Shown here piece after piece: positions 16,862 to 26,616 of a stretch of DNA of 39,591 nt (its first letter is position 1; each line of letters starts with the position of its first letter). The stretch spans positions 1 to 39,591 of the forward strand of contig JBNKOC010000015.1 in assembly GCA_050294405.1 (NCBI GenBank). Reading direction: 5' to 3'. The position numbers and the translations under genes were made by a program. The DNA is from Fibrobacteria bacterium (GTDB lineage: Bacteria; Fibrobacterota; Fibrobacteria; UBA11236; JADFYW01). The notes under the pieces are model-generated. The model had not been told where the DNA came from. It saw only the letters and a program-made list of their open reading frames with translations, and searched no databases.

Positions 16862-19183
16862 TTAAAATCCACCTAAATCCATGTCTTCAAAATCATTGTT
16901 AAGGTGGCCATTTCTCACGCGGGAGCCGCCTTCTGCATGTTCTCCTTTGCTTTTCACCTGAGATGGCTCCAACGGCATGTTATCGTTTTGAGAAGTCATT
17001 TCCTCCTCAATTATTCTCGCAGATTCTTTAGGCGTTTTGCCCAAATTAGCCTTCCATTTCATTTTTACATTGGAAGACAAATGAAATTGAGATACCATAC
17101 CTGACAACTCCTGCGCCTGACTGGTAAGTTCTTCTGAAGCGCTTGCAGATTCTTCTGAGTTAGATACATTCTGTTGAGTGATATGGTTAATTTGGGAAAT
17201 GGCGCTGTTTACCTGATCAATTCCTTTAGTTTGCTCCTTACTTGCGGCGGCAATTTCTGAAACTAAATCATTAACCTTGGAAGTTCCTTCGTTGATTTCT
17301 TTTAAATAGCGAGCCACATCTTTAGTAAAGGATACGCCCCCATCTGCATTTTTAACAGATTCCTCAATTAAGCGTGATGTATTTTTAGCAGCCTCAGCGC
17401 TCCGGGAAGCTAAATTCCTAACTTCTTCAGCCACTACAGCAAAGCCCATTCCTGCTTCACCAGCTCGGGCGGCTTCAACCGCAGCATTCAGAGCCAGCAA
17501 GTTCGTTTGGAAGGCCAGCTCATCAATTGTTTTCACAATTTTTGAAGTTTCATCTGCGGAACCTTTTATTAGATCAATCGCCTGGGTCATGTTGTCCATC
17601 GCTTTGGAACCTGAAACTACGGAGCTCATGGCATTTTCGGCCAACTTACGAGCTTCAAGTGCATTGTCCGCATTTTGGCGGGTCATGGATGCCATTTCCT
17701 CCATACTGCTGGAAATCTCTTCAATGGAACTGGCCTGTTCTTGCGCACTGGTAGACAGGGATTGGCTACCTGCGCTTATTTGCATACTGGCTGAAGACAC
17801 TTGGTCCGCTGCATTTCGTACCTGAAGCAAAGCCTCGTCCAGATTTACCAAGGTTTTATTTACATTTTCCTTAAGAGGCATAAATTGCTGCTCAAAATTT
17901 TGGGTAATGCGTACGTTTAGTTTTTTATCTGCCGCTTTTTGCATTACATCCGCAACAATATCTACTACCTGTTGGGTTTCATTCAAAATAGATTCTTGCT
18001 CTTTTTTGGCTTTAATAAGAGAATCTCTCATGTTAATGATACCGTTAGTCAAATCATCCAATTCAGATTCTTTTTTCAAATCAATGTCAAAATTTCCATT
18101 AGAAATTGAATCTGCTGCGTTAGTAATATTTTTTTGCCGGATGACTATAGAACGGAAGGAATCCGCAAGTAAGCCCAATTCATCCGAAGATTTATACTTC
18201 ACAACGAGGTTATTATCTCCAGCTGCTATTTTCTGAGCCGATTGGATAAGCTCCTTAATGGGTTTTACAAAAAGATTGGTTAAAAACCAGGCAATAGCAA
18301 TTCCAGCTAAAAATATTCCGGCAATAATCCCCAAAAGCACATTAGATGTGCGTTTAGAATTTGCATAGTTGCTTTCTTCAATTGTTTTGGCGATAGCAGA
18401 TGCCATTTCCTGAGCTTTATTGGAACTTTCCATTGCGCCGTCCGCATCAACCTTCATTCCAGCAAGCAATCCGTTAATTTTTGTGTCTGCATTAACCAGG
18501 TCATCGAATTTTTTAACATAGCCATCCAGAAGTCTGGAAATCTCTAATTTTTTAGAGCTGGATATTTTTTTGGAATCAATAACCAGGCTTTTTAAATGAG
18601 CCACTTCATCTTTTGCCTTCTTGATGTACTTATCAGCGCCTCTCAACATATAATCTTTTTCGTGTCGGCGGATGTACAACAAGCTAGCCAGTAATTCCTT
18701 ATTATTAGTTTTTTTAATTTCCTCTTCTACAGAGTGTACCGCAGCTCTAAAGGCTCCCTGAAAGCCTTCGTTTTCACTCAAACCCCTTTCCACAACGGCT
18801 TTAGCAAGGCCCTCGAATTGAGAATGATAACTTTTAACAGATGTGTAAATGTTACCCACAATTTCCTTTTTTTCGTTATCAACCTTGGTTTCTAAATCTT
18901 TTAATATTCTAGATGCATCGTTAACATGTTGGCTCACGCTTTCAACATATTGCATGTCTTTTCGGGCGACAAAATCTTTTTCCCGGCGTCTCATTTCAAG
19001 CAAAAGCTGGCCTACTTCTAAAATTTCAGTTTGTACCAACTTTTCTTTTAAAACTTCATTTCGAAACGATTCGCGCATATTGCGCATTTGGTAATCGCTT
19101 AATAGTCCCACTACAAGAACTGTTATCAATATCAGGGCAAAACCCGATCCTATTTTAAATGCTATTTTTTTCTTCCAAAACAT
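16862..19183 (-). CDS. methyl-accepting chemotaxis protein (HBM-like periplasmic sensor, HAMP region, signalling domain)
   Basis: Two TMs; repeated RRxEKD(F/Y) modules; [37 protein letters not shown]; tail ends DLGGF. Confidence 0.96.
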   Translation of the reverse strand: MFWKKKIAFKIGSGFALILITVLVVGLLSDYQMRNMRESFRNEVLKEKLVQTEILEVGQLLLEMRRREKDFVARKDMQYVESVSQHVNDASRILKDLETKVDNEKKEIVGNIYTSVKSYHSQFEGLAKAVVERGLSENEGFQGAFRAAVHSVEEEIKKTNNKELLASLLYIRRHEKDYMLRGADKYIKKAKDEVAHLKSLVIDSKKISSSKKLEISRLLDGYVKKFDDLVNADTKINGLLAGMKVDADGAMESSNKAQEMASAIAKTIEESNYANSKRTSNVLLGIIAGIFLAGIAIAWFLTNLFVKPIKELIQSAQKIAAGDNNLVVKYKSSDELGLLADSFRSIVIRQKNITNAADSISNGNFDIDLKKESELDDLTNGIINMRDSLIKAKKEQESILNETQQVVDIVADVMQKAADKKLNVRITQNFEQQFMPLKENVNKTLVNLDEALLQVRNAADQVSSASMQISAGSQSLSTSAQEQASSIEEISSSMEEMASMTRQNADNALEARKLAENAMSSVVSGSKAMDNMTQAIDLIKGSADETSKIVKTIDELAFQTNLLALNAAVEAARAGEAGMGFAVVAEEVRNLASRSAEAAKNTSRLIEESVKNADGGVSFTKDVARYLKEINEGTSKVNDLVSEIAAASKEQTKGIDQVNSAISQINHITQQNVSNSEESASASEELTSQAQELSGMVSQFHLSSNVKMKWKANLGKTPKESARIIEEEMTSQNDNMPLEPSQVKSKGEHAEGGSRVRNGHLNNDFEDMDLGGF

Positions 19184-19197
19184 TTTTTGCTCCTTTA

Positions 19198-20673
19198 TTA
19201 GAATTTAGCTTGTATGTGGATAAATAGTTTGTTGTGCGGCTCTGAGCCGGATTTACTTGAAAAGCTAGACTGAAAATTGGGAATTACAGACACATTTTTA
19301 ATGGGAGTGTAATCGATACCTAAAACCAGAAGGCCTCCGTCAAATTCATCATTGTCAAGATTTAATTCTTTACTTAAATCATTAAAGCCGCTTTGATATA
19401 TGTCATATCGGGCAAAAGCCATAAATTTTGGTGAGTTAAGCTTGGTTTTTCCAAATACGGAATAAACACCAGATAGCAATTCAGGTGTAACATCAAATTT
19501 TTTGAATGCCGCATTAACACTCAAAGATGTATGTTTGTTGTGAATGTATTCCAGCAAAGCATCGAAAAGAAGGTTTGAGCGCATTTCAGAATCTGAGTCT
19601 ACGGACCAAGGTTCCCACTCCCCCATTCCTGTCAAATGCAATTTTTTATCTAAAAAGTAGCCACCCAATCTAAGCTGTACATTTTTAAATTTGTCATTTT
19701 CCGCCGATTTATAGCCTGAACCATTTATTACAGAAAGAATTCCATACATATTGTTCTGCCATTTTTTTTCAATGGTTAAGCCTAAATCTGCTGATGAACC
19801 GGTTTTACTTTTGGTAGCCTGGCTCAGTTCCCCATAAAATTCTTCCAACCTTGCAGCCTCTTCAAGGTCCATATTTACATTAGCGCTGTCTGCCAAGGAT
19901 TCAATTTGCGCATCCATTTCCGATTTAAAAGATTTTTGGCTACTGGAAAAAGCTTTTCCAAATGATTCCAAAGGCGCATGCTTCACAATACGATAACCCC
20001 AGACTTTTTCTGCTGGCTTCCAATTTGTAGTTCCCTGGAGTCCAATTTTAACTGTGGACTTTAAGGTTGAGGATTTCCATTTTAAGTAAGCGTATTTGGC
20101 ATAAAGCTGGTAGACCCCACTGCCGGATTCTCTACCTACATCACTTAAAAAATGAAACTGGAAGTCATCAGATACATTGTATTTTGCCCCAATATAGGCT
20201 CTATCCAAGCTTAAGCTATTTGAATATTCGCTATCTTTGGAAACATCCAAATCATACACTAGAAAACTTTTCATTTCTGGAGTCCAAGCTACTTCTTTTT
20301 CTTCTGATTTTGTTGATTCCAACTTTTTTTCCAATGACTCAATTGTTTGAATTAGGGCTTCATTCTTTTTTGACAACTCTTCCAGATCGGAAGAATTTAG
20401 TTTTTCCATTTTTTCAATATTGTTTTTTATCTGGCCCACATCTTTTTTCAATGATTCCAAATCAGGGCTTAACCCAACTGCGTTGCCCTCTTTTTTTTCT
20501 GAATTTTGGTTATGTTTGTTTTGGCTTGCCAGCTTATACTCAACGCTGTTTATCCTTTTTTCCAGGCTTTCCATCATTTTTATGAGCGTTTCCGTATCCT
20601 CAGCAAATACCCGGATCATGCCCAGGGATATTAGCATGGCAAAAATCCCTATAACTTGAATGTTTTTTATCAT
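19198..20673 (-). CDS. putative outer-membrane porin with an N-terminal coiled coil
   Basis: Signal peptide, ~100-aa coiled coil, then [31 protein letters not shown] beta-strands and C-terminal HIQAKF. Confidence 0.7.
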   Translation of the reverse strand: MIKNIQVIGIFAMLISLGMIRVFAEDTETLIKMMESLEKRINSVEYKLASQNKHNQNSEKKEGNAVGLSPDLESLKKDVGQIKNNIEKMEKLNSSDLEELSKKNEALIQTIESLEKKLESTKSEEKEVAWTPEMKSFLVYDLDVSKDSEYSNSLSLDRAYIGAKYNVSDDFQFHFLSDVGRESGSGVYQLYAKYAYLKWKSSTLKSTVKIGLQGTTNWKPAEKVWGYRIVKHAPLESFGKAFSSSQKSFKSEMDAQIESLADSANVNMDLEEAARLEEFYGELSQATKSKTGSSADLGLTIEKKWQNNMYGILSVINGSGYKSAENDKFKNVQLRLGGYFLDKKLHLTGMGEWEPWSVDSDSEMRSNLLFDALLEYIHNKHTSLSVNAAFKKFDVTPELLSGVYSVFGKTKLNSPKFMAFARYDIYQSGFNDLSKELNLDNDEFDGGLLVLGIDYTPIKNVSVIPNFQSSFSSKSGSEPHNKLFIHIQAKF

Positions 20674-21197
20674 TTCCCACCTTCCGTGTTTTCAGAATTG
20701 ATTTGAAGTTCGCTTGTATTCTCCAACACCTTATCTATGTTAAGTAAAATTTTAACTCCAGTTTTGGTTTTAGCAATATGGGAGATGTAACCGTTTTCCA
20801 TTCCAAAGGAAAACTCTTCTGCATCTTCCAATTCTTCTTTTTGAATATCGAGCACTTCAGAAACCGAATCCACAATAATACCAAATTCGGCCAATCCTTT
20901 TCCTTTATTTACTTCAACAATTATAATACAGGTCCTTTCTGTAACATCCACTTGCTCCATTCCAAATTTTTTTCTGGTATCTATAACTGGATTTACTTTT
21001 CCCCGCAAGTTTATCACTCCTTTTACATAAGGGGGAGCCTTAGGAAGTTTGGTAATGGGCAACATTCCAATAATTTCCCGAACTCTCAATATTTCCAAAC
21101 CATACTCTTCATTTCCCAATTGAAATGTGAGATATTTGGAAGCTGCATTCGACCTTCTGGACACATTAGCAGATTTTTTTTCCAACGTATTTTCCAT
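20670..21197 (-). CDS. cheW: chemotaxis coupling protein CheW
   Basis: KYLTFQLGNEEYGLEILRVREII, GVINLRG, GIIVDSVSEV. Confidence 0.97.
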   Translation of the reverse strand: MENTLEKKSANVSRRSNAASKYLTFQLGNEEYGLEILRVREIIGMLPITKLPKAPPYVKGVINLRGKVNPVIDTRKKFGMEQVDVTERTCIIIVEVNKGKGLAEFGIIVDSVSEVLDIQKEELEDAEEFSFGMENGYISHIAKTKTGVKILLNIDKVLENTSELQINSENTEGGK

Positions 21198-21206
21198 TTT
21201 TACTCC

Positions 21207-23678
21207 TTAATTAAGCGCACCAGATAGTGTTTGTGATCCAGTTTGAGTAGCTATTGTATTTTTGAGTTTCATTTGCTCCTTGTGAAGCTCCAGCAAATCT
21301 TTGGTATCCAAGATGAGCCCAACCATGCCATTTCCCAAAATGGTGTATCCAGAAATGCCACGCATCGATCCAAAATACGGGTTAATATTTTTAATTACAA
21401 TTTGCTGTTGGCCCAGAATTTTATCCACTTGCAAGCCAAAAGATTTGCCGCCATTATCCACTACCATAATTATGGACTCTTCAACATTTTTTTCAGTGCC
21501 TTCAATTTCCAGCACCTGTTGCAAACGAACCAAAGGGAATAGATTTTCCCTTATTTTGATCATTTCTCCTCTGTCCATGAAGCCGTTAATGTCATTGTGA
21601 TTTGGACGCACGGATTCTTTAATGGAAAGAACTGGAAGAATATATTGTTCGCCAGAAATTTCGATAACCATTCCATCCATAATGGCCATAGTAAGCGGAA
21701 ACTTTAAAATAAAGGTTGAACCCTCTCCTTTTTCTGTGGAAATTTGGATGTTTCCGGAAAGCTTATCCACATTTTTTTTAACAACATCCATACCCACGCC
21801 ACGGCCTGATATTTCGGTAACTTTTTGAGCTGTTGAAAATCCCGGTTCAAAAATGAGTTTCAAAACTTCTGATTCAGAAAGGTTTTCATCCTTCCTTACC
21901 AAACCTTTTTTTATTCCTGATTCCAATATCTTTTGCTCATCAATTCCCCGGCCGTTATCATTGATTTCAATCACAATGTTACCACTGGAATGGTAAGCTT
22001 TTAGATTTATTCTCGCAGCTTCCGTTTTTCCCAATTGAACTCTTTCCTCGGCAGATTCAATCCCGTGGTCCATAGCATTTCGTATCAAATGAATTAAGGG
22101 GTCATTCAGGTATTCAATGGTACTCCTATCTAATTCTGTTTCAGCGCCACTAATATGCAGTTCAACTTGCTTATCAGATTTTTGGCTTAAGTCCCGCACC
22201 AGTCTTTTCATTTTATGAAAGGTTTGTTTTATGGGAACCATCCTTAGGCCCATGGATATTTGTTGAACGTCCCGAATAATATTTGAAGAATGGGTTATGG
22301 TTTTTTGTAAAGTGGGGTCCACTAATTTTTTCAAATTTTGATTTTGAGAGATTTGGTTATGAGAAATAACCAATTCACCCACAAGATTTAAAAGGTTATC
22401 TAGTTTTTTTGCACTAATTTTTACCGTATCATCGATTACTATTGCCTTGGCTTCATGTTCATTAACATTTTTTTCTGAAACTAAATTTCCTTCTGCGGGA
22501 GTTTCTAAAACGGGTTTTTCTGAATTTTCTTCCTCAGATAAATTTTGGTTTTTAGCGCAACGATCCAGATTCCCATATATCTCATTTAAATTAGGCACTA
22601 ATTCCTGCGAAATAGGAGCATCATTCAATTGAGCTTTCACCAAATGTATGAGGTTCATCAATACATCTTTAATTTTTAAAATTAAATCAATGCATGTGCT
22701 TTTAACTTTAAATTCCCCTTTTCTCAATTTATCGAGGTAGGACTCAGATTGATGGGCGAGCTTGTTAATTATTTCGAGATTCAAATAGGCAGAAATGCCC
22801 TTTATTGTGTGGAGGGGCCTGAAAATCTCATTTAAAATTTCTTCATTATGAGGATCTTGTTCCAATTTCAAAATTTTGGATTCAATATTCTCAAGGTGTT
22901 CCAATGATTCAGTAACAAAATCATGATATATGTCGATATCTTCTATTTGTCTTTTATCCAATACATCGTAATTTGGAATAGCCTCTTCTTTCTTCTTATT
23001 TTTAAGGGATTCCACACTAGAATTAATTGTAGCGATTAAGGTTTCTACTGAAATTTCACGGGCAGAGGCAAGGTTTTGTTTTCCTCTTTTAAAAACTTGC
23101 GATATTTTATCGTGGCACTCAAAAAGCCTGTCCACCTCGCCGGAAGTCAATTTTATGCCATCTTCTTTGAGCAGGGATAAATAATTTTCCAGTGAATGGC
23201 TCAATACATGAATATTGTTTATTTGTAAAAACCCGGCTTCGCTTTTCAAAGTATGAAAGGTTCTAAACAATTCATCCACAATGCTATTGTGGTCTTCAGT
23301 TTCTTCTAATTTTAATATTAGCTCTTCAATATCTTCCGGTATGTTTTGATTTTTCGCAAAATATTCCAGGACCTCTCTCTCCCCAAACAAAAGAGAATCT
23401 TCCTGTTCTTTGGATTCTGCATCATCAGGTAAATTTTTAGCCAAGGCGGATATTTCATCTTTAAGCTTATTAGTCAGTTTTTTTTCTTTTAGCAATAAAG
23501 CTTCAAATATTTTTTTAATTTCCTCAATTTTAAATTCTGTCAGATTACATGGATCATCGGTTTTTTCTAACGTATCGATTAGTTTCAAAATTCCGGTTAT
23601 GTTATCCTTGATTTTAAAATCCGCCTCAATTAAGCATTTTTTTAATTGAGCTATTTTTTCTTTAGAAGAGTTATTCAT
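21207..23678 (-). CDS. cheA: chemotaxis histidine kinase CheA with two Hpt domains
   Basis: LFRTFHTLKS and IFRPLHTIKG; LDNLLNLVGELVI; HLIRNAMDHGIE; GFSTA..SGRGVGMDVV; C-terminal CheW-like domain. Confidence 0.97.
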   Translation of the reverse strand: MNNSSKEKIAQLKKCLIEADFKIKDNITGILKLIDTLEKTDDPCNLTEFKIEEIKKIFEALLLKEKKLTNKLKDEISALAKNLPDDAESKEQEDSLLFGEREVLEYFAKNQNIPEDIEELILKLEETEDHNSIVDELFRTFHTLKSEAGFLQINNIHVLSHSLENYLSLLKEDGIKLTSGEVDRLFECHDKISQVFKRGKQNLASAREISVETLIATINSSVESLKNKKKEEAIPNYDVLDKRQIEDIDIYHDFVTESLEHLENIESKILKLEQDPHNEEILNEIFRPLHTIKGISAYLNLEIINKLAHQSESYLDKLRKGEFKVKSTCIDLILKIKDVLMNLIHLVKAQLNDAPISQELVPNLNEIYGNLDRCAKNQNLSEEENSEKPVLETPAEGNLVSEKNVNEHEAKAIVIDDTVKISAKKLDNLLNLVGELVISHNQISQNQNLKKLVDPTLQKTITHSSNIIRDVQQISMGLRMVPIKQTFHKMKRLVRDLSQKSDKQVELHISGAETELDRSTIEYLNDPLIHLIRNAMDHGIESAEERVQLGKTEAARINLKAYHSSGNIVIEINDNGRGIDEQKILESGIKKGLVRKDENLSESEVLKLIFEPGFSTAQKVTEISGRGVGMDVVKKNVDKLSGNIQISTEKGEGSTFILKFPLTMAIMDGMVIEISGEQYILPVLSIKESVRPNHNDINGFMDRGEMIKIRENLFPLVRLQQVLEIEGTEKNVEESIIMVVDNGGKSFGLQVDKILGQQQIVIKNINPYFGSMRGISGYTILGNGMVGLILDTKDLLELHKEQMKLKNTIATQTGSQTLSGALN

Positions 23679-23707
23679 ATTTAATACGCTATTTCAATGG
23701 CCTAGTT

Positions 23708-23724
23708 TGCAAACAGTATGCCTA
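23708..23724 (-). promoter_or_regulatory. sigma54 (-24/-12) promoter of the che operon
   Basis: Minus strand TAGGCATACTGTTTGCA: GG-N10-GC with a TTGCA -12 box, ~30 nt upstream of the cheA ATG and directly downstream of a bEBP gene. Confidence 0.78.
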
Positions 23725-23788
23725 AAAGAAAAAGGCCTAGTTTCGTAAAATTTGGCCACTTCTTGGAAAAAGAGGGTTCCATTGAAAA

Positions 23789-23888
23789 GCCACAAATGTG
23801 GAAGGATAGGCTCAAATTTTTAAAAAAATCAGGAAATTTTGTTTATTTCCCAATAGCCACAATTGTGGATATGCCATAAATGTGGCAT
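23789..23888. promoter_or_regulatory. three palindromic putative enhancer (UAS) sites, GCCAYAAWTGTGG
   Basis: GCCACAAATGTGG (23789-23801), GCCACAATTGTGG (23856-23868), GCCATAAATGTGGC (23873-23886). Confidence 0.7.
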
Positions 23889-23904
23889 AAAAATTATGGG
23901 AGCC

Positions 23905-25332
23905 TTATTTGTTTTTAGCCCGTTGCAATCTGTTATTTAAAGCTTGACGGGTCATCCCTAAAAAATCTGCAGCAAGGGTTTGGTTTCCATTGGCACGCTG
24001 GAGAGCTTCGCTTATTAATAGTTGTTCCATATCTTTGAGATTAGGAAGAATCTCTGAAAAGGCCACACCGCTTTCTTTTATAATGATTTCAGATTTCTCA
24101 GCAAATTCTTTTGAAGTCCCTGTGCTTACAGATTTAATTTTATCTCGAAATGATTTGGTAGATAATATGGCATTCTTCTCCCTTCCAGCAGCATCAAAAA
24201 CCATGCTTTCCAACTCTCGAATGTTTCCTGGAAAGGAATAATTTTGCAATATCAGATTGAGCTCAGTCGGTATTTGGGGAACTGGCTTTTCTAATTCTTT
24301 ACATATTTTTCCCAGAAAATGATTCACTAATAACTGAATATCTTCTTTCCTATCTCTTAGTGGAGGAATATGTATATGATGGTATTGCAACCTATAATAC
24401 AAATCTTTCCGAAAAATGTCTTTTTCTTCTAATTCTTTTAAATTTTTATGAGTGGCCACAATAATCCGAGCAGTGGATATTTTTGCAATGTCGGAACCCA
24501 ATGGGTAATATTTCCCTTCTTGTAAAAGTCTGAGCAGTTTTATTTGGGACTCCATATTTAAATCGCCAATTTCATCCAGGAATAAGGTGCCCCCCGAGGC
24601 CTCTTCAATCATCCCTAACCTGTTTGTTTCCGCACCTGAAAAAGCCCCTTTTTTGTGGCCAAAAAGAGTGTCTGAAAATAAGGTGGAATCCAAACCTCCC
24701 ACATTCACGGCCACGAATTTCCCCTTTCTGCCGCTTATGTTGTGCACGGCATTTGCAATCAGTTCCTTACCTGTTCCGGTTTCTCCGGTAATAGTTACAG
24801 GAAGGTTGGATGCCGATATAGCTTCGAGATATTGAAAAATGGAATGCATGGAATTGGATTTAGTGATAATGTTTGTAAATGCCTCGGGATGTTCAAGCTT
24901 GCCACTTAGAACATGTTGTTTAAGTAATTCATTTTCTTCACGTACGCTAAAAAAATCTATGGCATTTTTTACACTGGTTAACAAACGCTCCCGATTAATT
25001 GGCTTAAGAATATAATCATAGGCCCCGTTTTTCATACAATTCACAGCGGTTTCTAAATTATTTATAGCAGAAACCACAATAATTGGAATATTTGGAAACT
25101 CCTTGCTGATTAAGGGCACCAATTCTTCGCCAGAAATATGTGGCATGGTCAAATCCATTAATATCAAGGAAACTTGTGTTTTTGAAAGAAGCTTTAAAAC
25201 TTTGCGGCTATCCAGGCAATTTATGCTATTGTTATAGCCATTTCCCGCCAAAGTCATTTCAACACTATTTATATAGTTTTGTTCGTCATCCACCAATAAA
25301 ATTGGGCTTTTGGGATAGGGCAACTTTATCAT
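23905..25332 (-). CDS. NtrC-family sigma54-dependent response regulator (REC-AAA+-HTH)
   Basis: LLVDDE/MDLTMP receiver; GETGTGKE; GAFSGA; LFLDEIG; FRKDLYYRL; FPGNIREL; Fis-type HTH GNQTLAADFLGMTRQAL. Confidence 0.96.
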   Translation of the reverse strand: MIKLPYPKSPILLVDDEQNYINSVEMTLAGNGYNNSINCLDSRKVLKLLSKTQVSLILMDLTMPHISGEELVPLISKEFPNIPIIVVSAINNLETAVNCMKNGAYDYILKPINRERLLTSVKNAIDFFSVREENELLKQHVLSGKLEHPEAFTNIITKSNSMHSIFQYLEAISASNLPVTITGETGTGKELIANAVHNISGRKGKFVAVNVGGLDSTLFSDTLFGHKKGAFSGAETNRLGMIEEASGGTLFLDEIGDLNMESQIKLLRLLQEGKYYPLGSDIAKISTARIIVATHKNLKELEEKDIFRKDLYYRLQYHHIHIPPLRDRKEDIQLLVNHFLGKICKELEKPVPQIPTELNLILQNYSFPGNIRELESMVFDAAGREKNAILSTKSFRDKIKSVSTGTSKEFAEKSEIIIKESGVAFSEILPNLKDMEQLLISEALQRANGNQTLAADFLGMTRQALNNRLQRAKNK

Positions 25333-25335
25333 CTT

Positions 25336-26532
25336 TTATTCAGCATTCAAAGGCAAGGTTATATTGCAAACTGTGCCCTCACCAAATTTTGATTTTATGG
25401 TTAAACTTCCCTTATGCTTGTTTACCAACTTGTATGCCGTATACAAACCAAGCCCTGCACAGCCCTTAGCACGTTTTGTTGTAAAAAAGGGTTCTGTAAT
25501 TTTAGGCAAATTTTCAGGAGGAATACCTATTCCCTCGTCACTTACCTGAATTTGGATACATTTTTTACTTGAAACAAGTTTCGTTTCAATTAATATCCCC
25601 CCATTTTTTTCTTCAATGGCATCACATGCATTAGTAAGCAAATTGATAAGGATTTGTTCTAGTTGCTGGGAACTTCCATTTATTTTTGGAATATTTAAGT
25701 CCTTGATTATTTGTATTCCCTGGGTTTTTTTATTGGCTAAGTTACCTACCATCAGTATTGCGCTGTCTACTAATTTATTGATGTCCACAACATCAAATAA
25801 AACATCAGGCTCCTGCCCTGCATAATTTTTCAGGCTTTCCACAATTTCTTTTATGCGTTTTCCGCCCTCAGACATTCCGGAAATCAAGGATCTTAATTTT
25901 TCCTTTGATTCTCCAAATGACAAGCCTCCCAAAGCAAAATCGCCATTTTCCTCTTCGTATTCCTCAAGGATTTTTTCAACATCATCCCAAATGTTTTGAA
26001 AAATCCCAGAGTTTAACAGAACAAAATTGACAGGGTTGTTAATTTCATGGGCAATGCCATTTACTAACATACTTAATGAATTCATTTTATCGCTTAAAAA
26101 AAGCTGCTGTTCTTCCATTCGCTGCAGTGAGGCCAACTCTCTGGAAGAAAGGATATTTGCCAACTCATTTAATTCCAGCCGTATTTCCTCTGAAATTTTC
26201 GCTGATTTTTTTTTATCTATAATGCGCCGCACACCCGCATTGACCAAGTCAATACAATGGCCCTTAGAAAGGTTGCTGCCTAAAACTGTTATGCGGCTTG
26301 TTCCCGAATTTTGGTTCAGCCAGGAATATATATTTGGTTCTAGCGCTTTGCAGAAATCCAAATCCAGGAAAATGGAAATAACGGGATTTTTTTCCAATAT
26401 TTTGCGGGTATCCCCCAGATTTTCTACATAAATAACCGGCCAGATTTCAAAGGGATCGGGTGGCTTGTTATTTGCGTTTTCCCATTTTGGCCCCACCCAT
26501 AATATGGATTTATTTGGGGATACAACCTCCAT
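25336..26532 (-). CDS. cytoplasmic NtrB-like histidine kinase with a degenerate N-terminal receiver-like domain
   Basis: GIAHEINNP, NLLTNA, DEGIGI, FFTTK, GLGL; no TM segment. Confidence 0.92.
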   Translation of the reverse strand: MEVVSPNKSILWVGPKWENANNKPPDPFEIWPVIYVENLGDTRKILEKNPVISIFLDLDFCKALEPNIYSWLNQNSGTSRITVLGSNLSKGHCIDLVNAGVRRIIDKKKSAKISEEIRLELNELANILSSRELASLQRMEEQQLFLSDKMNSLSMLVNGIAHEINNPVNFVLLNSGIFQNIWDDVEKILEEYEEENGDFALGGLSFGESKEKLRSLISGMSEGGKRIKEIVESLKNYAGQEPDVLFDVVDINKLVDSAILMVGNLANKKTQGIQIIKDLNIPKINGSSQQLEQILINLLTNACDAIEEKNGGILIETKLVSSKKCIQIQVSDEGIGIPPENLPKITEPFFTTKRAKGCAGLGLYTAYKLVNKHKGSLTIKSKFGEGTVCNITLPLNAE

Positions 26533-26616
26533 TATCCTTCCCTTGTAAAAAATAGCTTTGCCATATTTTACAATCCAGATTAATTAAAATCAAAGGGAAT
26601 AATGGGGAGAAAAGAG

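Noticed and set aside
23815..23850. Possible IHF site (AATCAGGAAATTT) among the enhancer sites
   Set aside because: Two mismatches to WATCAANNNNTTR in very AT-rich DNA; not distinguishable from chance
23755..23888. Short palindromic repeats as a CRISPR array
   Set aside because: Repeats are 13-14 bp with irregular spacing and there are no cas genes; they fit transcription-factor sites
7892..26532. Signalling block looks more AT-rich than its flanks (possible horizontal acquisition)
   Set aside because: Visual impression only; needs a sliding-window GC and codon-usage computation, and no mobility genes or boundary repeats were seen
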